Source: Macrostomum lignano
Lineage: Eukaryota
Direction: 5' to 3'
Length of the DNA stretch: 64,000 nt
Assembly (NCBI GenBank): GCA_002269645.1
Contig: NIVC01001023.1
Coordinates: 310,001 to 374,000, forward strand
Position 1 is the stretch's first letter. Every line of letters starts with the position of its first letter. Positions 49,577 to 61,800 of this stretch are shown piece by piece. A program made the translations under genes and the position numbers. The notes under the pieces are model-generated. The model was not told the DNA's origin. It saw nothing but the letters and a program-made list of their open reading frames with translations, and did no database searches.

Positions 49577-49800
49577 TCAGCTTCTCTATTCTCCATCAGA
49601 TCCTGCTCAGCTTCTCTATTCTCCATCAGATCCTGCTCAGCTTCTCTATTCTCCATCAGATCCCAGCTCAGTTTCTCTATTCTCCATCAGATCCCAGCTC
49701 AGTTTCTCTATTCTCCATCAGATCCCAGCTCAGTTTCTCTATTCTTTATCAGATCCCAGCTCAGTTTCTCTATTCTCCATCAGTTCCAGCTCAGATTCTG
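49577..49800. repeat. 31-bp repeat (ctcagtttctctattctccatcagatcccag)
   Basis: About 7 units. Confidence 0.88.
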
Positions 49801-49822
49801 CAGACTCTGATTAATAAACGCT

Positions 49823-50062
49823 TGTTTTCTCCAGTTTCTAGAAATATAAAAAGCTAAAAGTACAGCTGGCCGCCACAGCCTCCGCGCGCCCGTCATCTCT
49901 GAGCACAGAAGCGAAGGTGCAGTGAGGGGCAGGCAGGGTGCTCAAGCACAATGCAGAGTCTCCATTGTGCAAGGCTGGGGCTGCAACTCATTCGGGAGCA
50001 GCCGCCACTGCAGCCTCAGACAGCTCAGGTGTGCGCTGCTCATCTCTGCAGCCTCATCGCTA
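49823..50062. repeat. Dispersed repeat C (paralogous to 53643-53885)
   Basis: Near-identical core from cccgtcatctctgagcacagaagcgaagg to gcagcctcatcgcta. Confidence 0.9.
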
Positions 50063-52629
50063 ATTAAATCTCTAACCTTCATCTGGAACGGCCCCACCCA
50101 GCTCAGCACTCGCAGTGCGACAGTCTGGTGTGATAAACAGCCGGCAAAGAGAGAACTGCTCGAGTTCGCCATCACCCCATACTGGCCTCTCGAACCACCC
50201 AACCCCCGCAACCCCTGCCTGAGACAATAAACAAGCCTAGCTACAATGCAGCTCCACCCAGCTCACTACTCAAAACACACCGAGCTCTGCACTGCTGGTT
50301 GCCCCCCCAGAGTCTGCCAAACTGCAGGGAGGCTGGCAGAGCGGTGAGCTAGCCTGAGAATAGCGAGCGAGCAGAGATATTTACTGCTTGAGGTTAAGCT
50401 GGCCTCTCTAACCAACCACCCGCTGCCTACAGCTCAAGACTGCGTTTTGTCATAAATAAGCCATTGTTGCCATGCTCGCATCTCAGAATTTGATGGCTCT
50501 CAGGCCATTCAGTGCGGCTCAAAGCCTGTCTGTTGCTACTGGCTGCAGGTGGCAGGAATGCAAAATGCAGTGAGCTGCTGCGGCCGATAGCTGGACAGAA
50601 TTGAGATGGGGTGCCAGAGCTCGGCTGCACTTTAATGATAAACACCTGATGAAGCACAAGACTGCAGTTGAGGGGCTGAGCAGCTGCCTCTTGAAACATT
50701 TATACATGTGCTGTGGTTCGATTCTGTGCGATTGGCCTGAGGCGATTCTCAGCCATGAAGGCCAGCTTATGAGTTCTGAGGCTCTCTGGTAGAATAGATC
50801 GGTTTTAAATGGAGCTGTACCGATGTCAACTGAAATCACTGTACTAATTGGCATACCTGTACACTATGCTGACAATACGATAGGATTATATAGATTGCTT
50901 TTTGGACTTCTGCTGGGTCATGGAGTCATGGGAAATCAGTAGTTTTCAGGCCATATTTCATCGCCCGAACTCTCTCTTCAGGGGAGGCAAACAGGTGAGC
51001 AAATTCAGCAGGTATCAAGTAGGCTGAGCAATGGCTAGAGGTGCAATCATGCGGTTCCGGCTGGTTGCAGTGATGAGCAATGGTACAGTAGAAAACATTT
51101 TAAAACTCTGTTGCTTGTTCTTATACAGCGGGGCTGATTGATGCTCGCTGCACTTCGTGCCTGCTCATCTACACAACCGAGCTCCGAACTTGGTGATCGC
51201 CTGCCTGCCCAGGCCCGAGCAAAACTATCAAACGGGAAAAGTGAGCAACAACTCAATCGGTCCCTGCACACCAGTGCCTCACCTCAGTACCGGGTTTGCC
51301 ATCCCAACCGACTGCACCCAAAACAGGACGGCTCACTCCTCAGGCCCGCCCACTGGTCCCTCCTACCGGGGTACCGGGTGCCTGTGCCGGCCTACGGCCC
51401 CTCGGTCTCTCCTGCAGCCTTCTGCTACTAGCGGAGACACAAAAAACTGCAGCCAACAAGGGGGTCGCACCCGACGAACGTGAGTCGGATTCCGCATTCG
51501 AATAGCAGAGTGACGTGCCATGGTCGCCGCAGTGCTTCTCCGTCTGTCTGTCTCCTCCTGACCTCGAGGTGGCTTCCAAAGGGCGAACGGATTCCGCCCC
51601 CCAGAGCCGTGGTGTCGGGTTGCTGACGCCTGCTGGGGGACTCTCAAAGGGGTAACGATGGTCTCATGCTTGACCCAGCATACTTGACTCCCCTAAGAGC
51701 TGGCATGCTACGCCTTCTGAGGTGACTGTCGAGCACTAGCGCTTAATTTATGCGTGGCAATTAAGCAACTACAAGCAAGCAAGCAATTTTCAATTTTACT
51801 CATTTTTGTTCATTTTCTGATTTTTCTGGGTAGAGAAATTTTAATGCTATCAGTCGGCACACATGGCTGGATTTGGTAGGCCTTTTTGCCTTCATTTTAG
51901 CGGACAGCACCTGGGATGAAGTCAACAGGTCATTTGCTGTGCCACATGACAAGGCTGCCTCCTATAGCCGAGCCACAACGTCTCAAACATCTGGTTCTGT
52001 TGACGCCAGCACCCTACTAGCCCTGCGTGATGCTGTCTAGTCCGCTCTCTCACACTGTATGACTGCCTCGCAGACATCGCAGTCCAGAGTTTTCATCGTG
52101 GACTCCGTCTGACGAGGCAACCAGACAGCGGTTGAAATTGACATCGCCTGCATGTGCACCGATCTGTCTACATAGTTCAATATTTTACGATTTTTTATTT
52201 AAACTAATGAATACAGTAATCGATACATTTCACCGCAACTCAGCCTCTGCCGCATGTCATCCTCCAGCTCTGGTCTTTAGCCGCTCATGTCCTTTTGGTT
52301 GGAAAAACTGGTGTTTTCTAAGAAATGCTTGTCCAGACTCCGGAAAGTCAGGGAACCACCATATGGGCGGTTTTTCGTGGGTCGTGTGGGCGGTGATCGT
52401 CGCACCTCCTTTGACTTTCAGTGTGTTCAGAATGAGTCTTATAACTGCAATGGCTCCATTGTTCGGGCGCAAGTTGAAATTTTCTCTTATTTTCCGCGCT
52501 TATGTTCCAATAGTTGAAACTGCCTCAGTCGCATTATTAGAAACCCACACAGCAGCATTCCCAGTCTCCATTCGCTCTTCATCTGTCAGAGCTCAGAATG
52601 AGCAGCAGAAGCTCAAACTGATGCAGCAG

Positions 52630-53160
52630 AGATGCTGTGCTCATTCGGCAAGAAGAGGCAGAGGTGCACAGCTGGTGAAATTGTGCAGGGGCTTTTGGAC
52701 AATGGGCAGAGGTGATGAGGGCTGCTGTGTGCGGCCTCTGCATCGATCCTTCTGTCTCTCCTTCCTCTGAGGCGCCCACCCATGGGCGTGAGTTGAGGCT
52801 GGGGTTGGGGCTGTGCACTGTGCTTGCGCTCACATCGGAGCGGAAAAAACAGCGGCCTCTGCTCGCCCCGACCCCAGCTGTCCGAGCAGCTCCAGACCAG
52901 CCAAGCTCAATGCCCAGAGGACAATGGCGAAGCTGAGGTTTGAGGGCCGAGCAAACAGCCTGCGAACGCGTGACAAAAGAAGACTCGCAGCAAATGAATT
53001 TTGGGGATTGATGGCTGCCTAACAGCGGCACAGAGAAAAACCCTTCCCCACTCAAACCACTCACTGCTTTGCATTGCGCCTGTGCGTCTCGTTGACTGTA
53101 AAATTCGCTGCCTTGGATATTCGGCACTGCGGGTTTTCACATGCGAGCCTCAGTCATAAT
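52630..53160. repeat. Dispersed repeat B (paralogue of A)
   Basis: See 46905-47405. Confidence 0.9.
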
Positions 53161-53228
53161 TTACAGTCACAGACAGTCTCTCTGTCATGTAGGCGGAATT
53201 TGGCAGGTAAATTAAAACCTTTATAGGC

Positions 53229-53472
53229 TGGGACTGGGACTGGGGCTGGGGCTGGGACTCTGACTGGGACTGGGGCTGTGGCTGGGACTGGGGCTGGGAG
53301 TGGGACTGGGGCGGGGACTGGGACTGGGACTGGGACTGGGACTGGGACTGGGACTGGGACTGGGGCGGGGACTGGGACTGGGACTGGGACTGGGGCTGGG
53401 ACTGGGGCGGGGACTCTGACTGGGACTGGGACTGGGGCTGGGACTCTGACTGGGACTGGGACTGGCACTGGG
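53229..53472. repeat. (GGGACT/GGGGCT)n hexamer repeat
   Basis: About 40 units. Confidence 0.95.
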
Positions 53473-53642
53473 GCCCCGAACATCGAAATTTTATAAGTGT
53501 ACTTCTGAATCCGCTTCACTGGGAAGCCTTGGCTAATTAGAAACCCTGCTGTTGGAGACTGTAAGCGCAGCCCCACCTCATTCTGCATCATTTAGAGCTG
53601 CCAGCCTGATCGCTACAGAAGCTCTGAGCAGCAAATAAAAAA

Positions 53643-53885
53643 TTGTTTTCTCCACTTTCTAGTGAGCTAAAGAAACAAAAAAGTGCAGCTGGCCGCCAGC
53701 CCAGCCTCAGCCCGTCATCTCTGAGCACAGAAGCGAAGGTGCAGTGAGGGGGCAGGCAGGGTGCTCAAGCACAATGCAGAGTCTCCATTGTGCAAGGCTG
53801 GGGCTGCAACTCATTCGGGAGCAGCCGCCACTGCAGCCTCAGACAGCTCAGGTGTGCGCTGCTCATCTCTGCAGCCTCATCGCTA
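53643..53885. repeat. Dispersed repeat D (paralogue of C)
   Basis: See 49823-50062. Confidence 0.9.
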
Positions 53886-54786
53886 TGAGCATCGGCAGGC
53901 AGTGGAAACTCGGTGGCTGCTCGGGACACGCAGCTCGCTCCTCGCTGCCCCCTAATAAGCTCGAGCCGCTCCCCCCCCCAGCGCCACCTCATTCTGCATC
54001 ATTTAGAGCTGCCAGCCTCCTCACTGCAGAGGCTCTGAGCAGCTCATTGTGCCTCCGCACTGACCGCCTTCTGCTCTCATGAAATGCTGAATTTCTTGGC
54101 AAATCCTTTGCACCTCATCGCTCCAGCTGCCCACTTGGGAGCGCCTCAGGCTTGGCGCTCAGCCTCGAGTCTCTCAGCATCTCTTCAAAGCACTGCTCAC
54201 TGACCTCTCAGCTCTTGTGCAGTCTGGGCCACTCGAACGCGGTGTTTCTCACCTGTATGCACAAGCTCTGCTTATCAGCCACCTGTCTGTCTGCATTGTC
54301 GGCATCTGCCTCTCTGACACCCCCACTGCCCTCCTTCCTCTCACCCTCCTGTCTTCTTGTCCCACGCAGTGGCAAGGTAAATTAAAAAAAAAATTAGTGC
54401 GAGAATTCATTTCATGCACGACTCAGCTGAGTGGCAAATAGAGATTTTATATTTGAGTTTGGCAGCTGACAAAAACTTTATTTTACGTTTTACGTATCTG
54501 GGTCGAGGGAAGCTAAATGTGCTAATAAACTATAAATCTATAAACTATAAACTATAAACTAAACTAAACTCTAAACTAAACTAATAAACTATAAAACGTG
54601 AGCAAAATGGTTTGTTGTGACTCAAAGGGGACTCTGCAGAATCACAGCAATAACAGCCGCATTTTGTGGGAAGGTTAAGTGTTAGGATGCTGATGATCCT
54701 GCAGTGGATGCTGCCGAATGTCAGATAACGGCTGCTGGATCTTAATGAAACTAGCTCAGCTTCTGTCATTTCCTTGCACCGAAAAC

Positions 54787-55855
54787 TCAGCTCAGGAATC
54801 CCTTTTTCATCTCTACACCCGTCAGGAACTCGTGCTTCAGCAGCTCCTCGGCTGAGTTTCTCTTCTTGCGGTCCTTGGCGGTGCAGCGACTGTAGAAATC
54901 CTTCAGCTCTGCGGACCGGCCGTCCGGCAGGGCGGGGGCGCCCCTCCTGTCGATCAGCTGGGCCATTTCTAAGAAGCTCCTGGCATTCGCGAACGGCCTC
55001 GCGCCGGAGGCCATCTGGAAGACCGAGCAGCCGAACGCCCAGATGTCCGACTCTCTGCTGTACTGCACGCTGTCTGACTCTCCCGCTCCGAGCAGCTCCG
55101 GCGCCATAAAGTTCAGAGTTCCTTTGGGTGACTGAGTGGAGGCTGAGATGTGGCTGACTGACTGCTCCAGTTTGATTGACAGGCCGAAGTCGATCAGCTT
55201 GATTCGCGTGTTGTCAGCACAAACAATCATGTTCGAGCAGTTGATGTCTCTGTGGATCACGGGCGGCTGCCGGCTGTGCAGGTAGAGCAGCGCGCGGCAG
55301 ATCTGCGAGCGGTCGGTCAGTGAGCAGTCATCATTCATGGGAACATGGAACAGGAGCATCAAGGATGCACAATGCTCACCTGCTCGCTGAAGTCTCGAAT
55401 CTTTGGCTCGTCCAGCGGCTTGTTGTCGATAAATCTCTCCAAACTTCGGCCGTCCAGCAGCTCCATGAACACAACGACTTTGGCGGGCTCCGGCTGAGCG
55501 ATGTGCAAGAACCTGACGATGTTGGGATGCCGCAGTCGGCACAGGTTTCTCTCGCTCTCGACAGCTCTGTGGATCTCTGTGCTCACAGAGGTTTGGTCAT
55601 CACCGAGCTGCACAGGCAGTCTGAGAGTCTTGGCAGCGCACGTGACGCCCGTGTCAGTTCGAACTTCGTAGACTTCGCCGAAGCCTCCGCGGCCGATGAG
55701 GCGAACGGCGTCCCACCGATCCAGAAACGGGGGGCCTTCGGGTCTTGGCGGATGCGAATGGAGGCAATCACAAATGATTTACATGTAACTGTCTACTAAG
55801 TCCTCCAGCTGTGTGTTGGAGCTGTCGAACTTCGAATCTTGGATGCAGATTTTTG
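54787..55855 (-). CDS. Ser/Thr protein kinase, STE11/MAP3K-like; 5' part probably beyond the window
   Basis: Exons about 55855-55783 (tentative), 55743-55380 and 55302-54787; introns of 39 and 77 nt, GT-AG. Motifs IGRGGFGEVY, CAAK, LRHPNIVRF, VFMELL, HRDINCSN, KLIDFG, GTLNFMAPE, SDIWAFGC and C-terminal SAEELLKHEF. Confidence 0.85.
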
Positions 55856-55896
55856 CTACGAGGGATAACTGTATCCTAAACTTTTGTGTTGTACTC

Positions 55897-58800
55897 GTAG
55901 CTGTGTGTGCTGTAGCTGTGTGTGCTGTAGCTGTGTGTGCTGTAGCTGTGTGTGCTGTAGCTGTGTGTACTTTTGCTGTTTGTGCTGTAGCTGTGTGTGC
56001 TGTACCTGTGTGTGCTGTAGCTGTGTGTGCTGTAGCTGCGTGTTGTAGCTGTGTGCTGTAGCTGTGTGTGCTGTAGCTGTGTGCTGTAGCTGTGTGTGCT
56101 GTAGCTGTGTGTGCTGTAGCTGTGTGCTGTAGCTGTGTGTGCTGTAGCTGTGTGTGCTGTAGCTGTGTGTGCTGTAGCTGTGTGCTGTAGCTGTGTGCTG
56201 TAGCTGTGTGCTGTAGCTGTGTGCTGTAGCTGTGTGTGCTGTAGCTGTGTGTGCTGTAGCTGTGTGCTGTAGCTGTGTGCTGTAGCTGTGTGTGCTGTAG
56301 CTGTGTGTGCTGTAGCTGTGTGTGCTGTAGCTGTGTGTGCTGTAGCTGTGTGTGCTGTAGCTGTGTGTGCTGTAGCTGTGTGCTGTAGCTGTGTGCTGTA
56401 GCTGTGTGTGCTGTAGCTGTGTGCTGTAGCTGTGTGCTGTAGCTGTGTGTGCTGTAGCTGTGTGTGCTGTAGCTGTGTGTGCTGTAGCTGTGTGTGCTGT
56501 AGCTGTGTGCTGTAGCTGTGTGCTGTAGCTGTGTGCTGTAGCTGTGTGCTGTAGCTGTGTGTGCTGTAGCTGTGTGTGCTGTAGCTGTGTGTGCTGTAGC
56601 TGTGTGTGCTGTAGCTGTGTGTGCTGTAGCTGTGTGCTGTAGCTGTGTGCTGTAGCTGTGTGTGCTGTAGCTGTGTGTGCTGTAGCTGTGTGTGCTGTAG
56701 CTGTGTGTGCTGTAGCTGTGTGTGCTGTAGCTGTGTGTGCTGTAGCTGTGTGCTGTAGCTGTGTGCTGTAGCTGTGTGTGCTGTAGCTGTGTGTGCTGTA
56801 GCTGTGTGTGCTGTAGCTGTGTGTGCTGTAGCTGTGTGTGCTGTAGCTGTGTGCTGTAGCTGTGTGCTGTAGCTGTGTGCTGTAGCTGTGTGCTGTAGCT
56901 GTGTGTGCTGTAGCTGTGTGTGCTGTAGCTGTGTGTGCTGTAGCTGTGTGTGCTGTAGCTGTGTGTGCTGTAGCTGTGTGTGCTGTAGCTGTGTGTGCTG
57001 TAGCTGTGTGCTGTAGCTGTGTGCTGTAGCTGTGTGCTGTAGCTGTGTGCTGTAGCTGTGTGTGCTGTAGCTGTGTGTGCTGTAGCTGTGTGTGCTGTAG
57101 CTGTGTGTGCTGTAGCTGTGTGTGCTGTAGCTGTGTGCTGTAGCTGTGTGTGCTGTAGCTGTGTGTGCTGTAGCTGTGTGTGCTGTAGCTGTGTGTGCTG
57201 TAGCTGTGTGTGCTGTAGCTGTGTGTGCTGTAGCTGTGTGTGCTGTAGCTGTGTGTGCTGTAGCTGTGTGCTGTAGCTGTGTGCTGTAGCTGTGTGCTGT
57301 AGCTGTGTGCTGTAGCTGTGTGTGCTGTAGCTGTGTGTGCTGTAGCTGTGTGTGCTGTAGCTGTGTGTGCTGTAGCTGTGTGTGCTGTAGCTGTGTGTGC
57401 TGTAGCTGTGTGTGCTGTAGCTGTGTGTGCTGTAGCTGTGTGTGCTGTAGCTGTGTGTGCTGTAGCTGTGTGTGCTGTAGCTGTGTGTGCTGTAGCTGTG
57501 TGCTGTAGCTGTGTGCTGTAGCTGTGTGTGCTGTAGCTGTGTGTGCTGTAGCTGTGTGCTGTAGCTGTGTGCTGTAGCTGTGTGCTGTAGCTGTGTGCTG
57601 TAGCTGTGTGTGCTGTAGCTGTGTGTGCTGTAGCTGTGTGTGCTGTAGCTGTGTGTGCTGTAGCTGTGTGCTGTAGCTGTGTGTGCTGTAGCTGTGTGTG
57701 CTGTAGCTGTGTGTGCTGTAGCTGTGTGTGCTGTAGCTGTGTGTGCTGTAGCTGTGTGTGCTGTAGCTGTGTGCTGTAGCTGTGTGTGCTGTAGCTGTGT
57801 GTGCTGTAGCTGTGTGTGCTGTAGCTGTGTGCTGTAGCTGTGTGTGCTGTAGCTGTGTGTGCTGTAGCTGTGTGTGCTGTAGCTGTGTGCTGTAGCTGTG
57901 TGCTGTAGCTGTGTGCTGTAGCTGTGTGCTGTAGCTGTGTGTGCTGTAGCTGTGTGTGCTGTAGCTGTGTGTGCTGTAGCTGTGTGCTGTAGCTGTGTGT
58001 GCTGTAGCTGTGTGTGCTGTAGCTGTGTGTGCTGTAGCTGTGTGTGCTGTAGCTGTGTGTGCTGTAGCTGTGTGTGCTGTAGCTGTGTGTGCTGTAGCTG
58101 TGTGCTGTAGCTGTGTGCTGTAGCTGTGTGCTGTAGCTGTGTGCTGTAGCTGTGTGCTGTAGCTGTGTGTGCTGTAGCTGTGTGTGCTGTAGCTGTGTGT
58201 GCTGTAGCTGTGTGCTGTAGCTGTGTGTGCTGTAGCTGTGTGTGCTGTAGCTGTGTGTGCTGTAGCTGTGTGCTGTAGCTGTGTGCTGTAGCTGTGTGCT
58301 GTAGCTGTGTGCTGTAGCTGTGTGCTGTAGCTGTGTGCTGTAGCTGTGTGTGCTGTAGCTGTGTGTGCTGTAGCTGTGTGTGCTGTAGCTGTGTGTGCTG
58401 TAGCTGTGTGTGCTGTAGCTGTGTGTGCTGTAGCTGTGTGCTGTAGCTGTGTGCTGTAGCTGTGTGCTGTAGCTGTGTGCTGTAGCTGTGTGTGCTGTAG
58501 CTGTGTGTGCTGTAGCTGTGTGTGCTGTAGCTGTGTGTGCTGTAGCTGTGTGTGCTGTAGCTGTGTGTGCTGTAGCTGTGTGCTGTAGCTGTGTGTGCTG
58601 TAGCTGTGTGTGCTGTAGCTGTGTGTGCTGTAGCTGTGTGTGCTGTAGCTGTGTGTGCTGTAGCTGTGTGCTGTAGCTGTGTGTGCTGTAGCTGTGTGTG
58701 CTGTAGCTGTGTGTGCTGTAGCTGTGTGCTGTAGCTGTGTGTGCTGTAGCTGTGTGTGCTGTAGCTGTGTGTGCTGTAGCTGTGTGCTGTAGCTGTGTGC

Positions 58801-61800
58801 TGTAGCTGTGTGCTGTAGCTGTGTGCTGTAGCTGTGTGTGCTGTAGCTGTGTGTGCTGTAGCTGTGTGTGCTGTAGCTGTGTGCTGTAGCTGTGTGTGCT
58901 GTAGCTGTGTGTGCTGTAGCTGTGTGTGCTGTAGCTGTGTGTGCTGTAGCTGTGTGCTGTAGCTGTGTGCTGTAGCTGTGTGCTGTAGCTGTGTGCTGTA
59001 GCTGTGTGTGCTGTAGCTGTGTGTGCTGTAGCTGTGTGTGCTGTAGCTGTGTGTGCTGTAGCTGTGTGTGCTGTAGCTGTGTGTGCTGTAGCTGTGTGTG
59101 CTGTAGCTGTGTGCTGTAGCTGTGTGCTGTAGCTGTGTGCTGTAGCTGTGTGCTGTAGCTGTGTGTGCTGTAGCTGTGTGTGCTGTAGCTGTGTGTGCTG
59201 TAGCTGTGTGTGCTGTAGCTGTGTGTGCTGTAGCTGTGTGTGCTGTAGCTGTGTGTGCTGTAGCTGTGTGCTGTAGCTGTGTGTGCTGTAGCTGTGTGTG
59301 CTGTAGCTGTGTGTGCTGTAGCTGTGTGTGCTGTAGCTGTGTGCTGTAGCTGTGTGTGCTGTAGCTGTGTGTGCTGTAGCTGTGTGTGCTGTAGCTGTGT
59401 GCTGTAGCTGTGTGTGCTGTAGCTGTGTGTGCTGTAGCTGTGTGTGCTGTAGCTGTGTGTGCTGTAGCTGTGTGCTGTAGCTGTGTGTGCTGTAGCTGTG
59501 TGTGCTGTAGCTGTGTGCTGTAGCTGTGTGCTGTAGCTGTGTGTGCTGTAGCTGTGTGTGCTGTAGCTGTGTGCTGTAGCTGTGTGCTGTAGCTGTGTGC
59601 TGTAGCTGTGTGCTGTAGCTGTGTGTGCTGTAGCTGTGTGCTGTAGCTGTGTGTGCTGTAGCTGTGTGTGCTGTAGCTGTGTGTGCTGTAGCTGTGTGTG
59701 CTGTAGCTGTGTGTGCTGTAGCTGTGTGCTGTAGCTGTGTGTGCTGTAGCTGTGTGTGCTGTAGCTGTGTGCTGTAGCTGTGTGTGCTGTAGCTGTGTGT
59801 GCTGTAGCTGTGTGTGCTGTAGCTGTGTGCTGTAGCTGTGTGCTGTAGCTGTGTGCTGTAGCTGTGTGCTGTAGCTGTGTGTGCTGTAGCTGTGTGTGCT
59901 GTAGCTGTGTGTGCTGTAGCTGTGTGTGCTGTAGCTGTGTGCTGTAGCTGTGTGTGCTGTAGCTGTGTGTGCTGTAGCTGTGTGTGCTGTAGCTGTGTGT
60001 GCTGTAGCTGTGTGTGCTGTAGCTGTGTGTGCTGTAGCTGTGTGCTGTAGCTGTGTGCTGTAGCTGTGTGCTGTAGCTGTGTGCTGTAGCTGTGTGTGCT
60101 GTAGCTGTGTGTGCTGTAGCTGTGTGTGCTGTAGCTGTGTGCTGTAGCTGTGTGTGCTGTAGCTGTGTGTGCTGTAGCTGTGTGTGCTGTAGCTGTGTGC
60201 TGTAGCTGTGTGCTGTAGCTGTGTGCTGTAGCTGTGTGCTGTAGCTGTGTGCTGTAGCTGTGTGTGCTGTAGCTGTGTGTGCTGTAGCTGTGTGTGCTGT
60301 AGCTGTGTGTGCTGTAGCTGTGTGTGCTGTAGCTGTGTGTGCTGTAGCTGTGTGTGCTGTAGCTGTGTGTGCTGTAGCTGTGTGCTGTAGCTGTGTGCTG
60401 TAGCTGTGTGCTGTAGCTGTGTGCTGTAGCTGTGTGTGCTGTAGCTGTGTGTGCTGTAGCTGTGTGTGCTGTAGCTGTGTGTGCTGTAGCTGTGTGTGCT
60501 GTAGCTGTGTGTGCTGTAGCTGTGTGTGCTGTAGCTGTGTGCTGTAGCTGTGTGTGCTGTAGCTGTGTGTGCTGTAGCTGTGTGTGCTGTAGCTGTGTGT
60601 GCTGTAGCTGTGTGTGCTGTAGCTGTGTGCTGTAGCTGTGTGTGCTGTAGCTGTGTGTGCTGTAGCTGTGTGTGCTGTAGCTGTGTGTGCTGTAGCTGTG
60701 TGTGCTGTAGCTGTGTGTGCTGTAGCTGTGTGTGCTGTAGCTGTGTGTGCTGTAGCTGTGTGCTGTAGCTGTGTGCTGTAGCTGTGTGCTGTAGCTGTGT
60801 GCTGTAGCTGTGTGTGCTGTAGCTGTGTGTGCTGTAGCTGTGTGTGCTGTAGCTGTGTGTGCTGTAGCTGTGTGTGCTGTAGCTGTGTGTGCTGTAGCTG
60901 TGTGCTGTAGCTGTGTGCTGTAGCTGTGTGCTGTAGCTGTGTGCTGTAGCTGTGTGTGCTGTAGCTGTGTGTGCTGTAGCTGTGTGTGCTGTAGCTGTGT
61001 GTGCTGTAGCTGTGTGTGCTGTAGCTGTGTGTGCTGTAGCTGTGTGTGCTGTAGCTGTGTGCTGTAGCTGTGTGCTGTAGCTGTGTGCTGTAGCTGTGTG
61101 CTGTAGCTGTGTGCTGTAGCTGTGTGTGCTGTAGCTGTGTGTGCTGTAGCTGTGTGTGCTGTAGCTGTGTGTGCTGTAGCTGTGTGTGCTGTAGCTGTGT
61201 GTGCTGTAGCTGTGTGCTGTAGCTGTGTGTGCTGTAGCTGTGTGTGCTGTAGCTGTGTGTGCTGTAGCTGTGTGTGCTGTAGCTGTGTGCTGTAGCTGTG
61301 TGTGCTGTAGCTGTGTGTGCTGTAGCTGTGTGTGCTGTAGCTGTGTGCTGTAGCTGTGTGTGCTGTAGCTGTGTGTGCTGTAGCTGTGTGTGCTGTAGCT
61401 GTGTGTGCTGTAGCTGTGTGCTGTAGCTGTGTGCTGTAGCTGTGTGTGCTGTAGCTGTGTGTGCTGTAGCTGTGTGCTGTAGCTGTGTGCTGTAGCTGTG
61501 TGTGCTGTAGCTGTGTGTGCTGTAGCTGTGTGCTGTAGCTGTGTGCTGTAGCTGTGTGCTGTAGCTGTGTGCTGTAGCTGTGTGCTGTAGCTGTGTGCTG
61601 TAGCTGTGTGTGCTGTAGCTGTGTGTGCTGTAGCTGTGTGTGCTGTAGCTGTGTGTGCTGTAGCTGTGTGTGCTGTAGCTGTGTGCTGTAGCTGTGTGCT
61701 GTAGCTGTGTGCTGTAGCTGTGTGTGCTGTAGCTGTGTGTGCTGTAGCTGTGTGTGCTGTAGCTGTGTGTGCTGTAGCTGTGTGCTGTAGCTGTGTGTGC

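Noticed and set aside
50430-52570. GC-rich segments with short ORFs (50519-50854, 51138-51647, 52132-52770)
   Set aside because: No recognisable domain or consistent splice chain; may be transposon or gene relics but cannot be supported.
55303-55542. N-terminal part of ORF 54787-55542
   Set aside because: Wrong frame plus read-through of the 77-nt intron; the real kinase N-lobe is in another frame.
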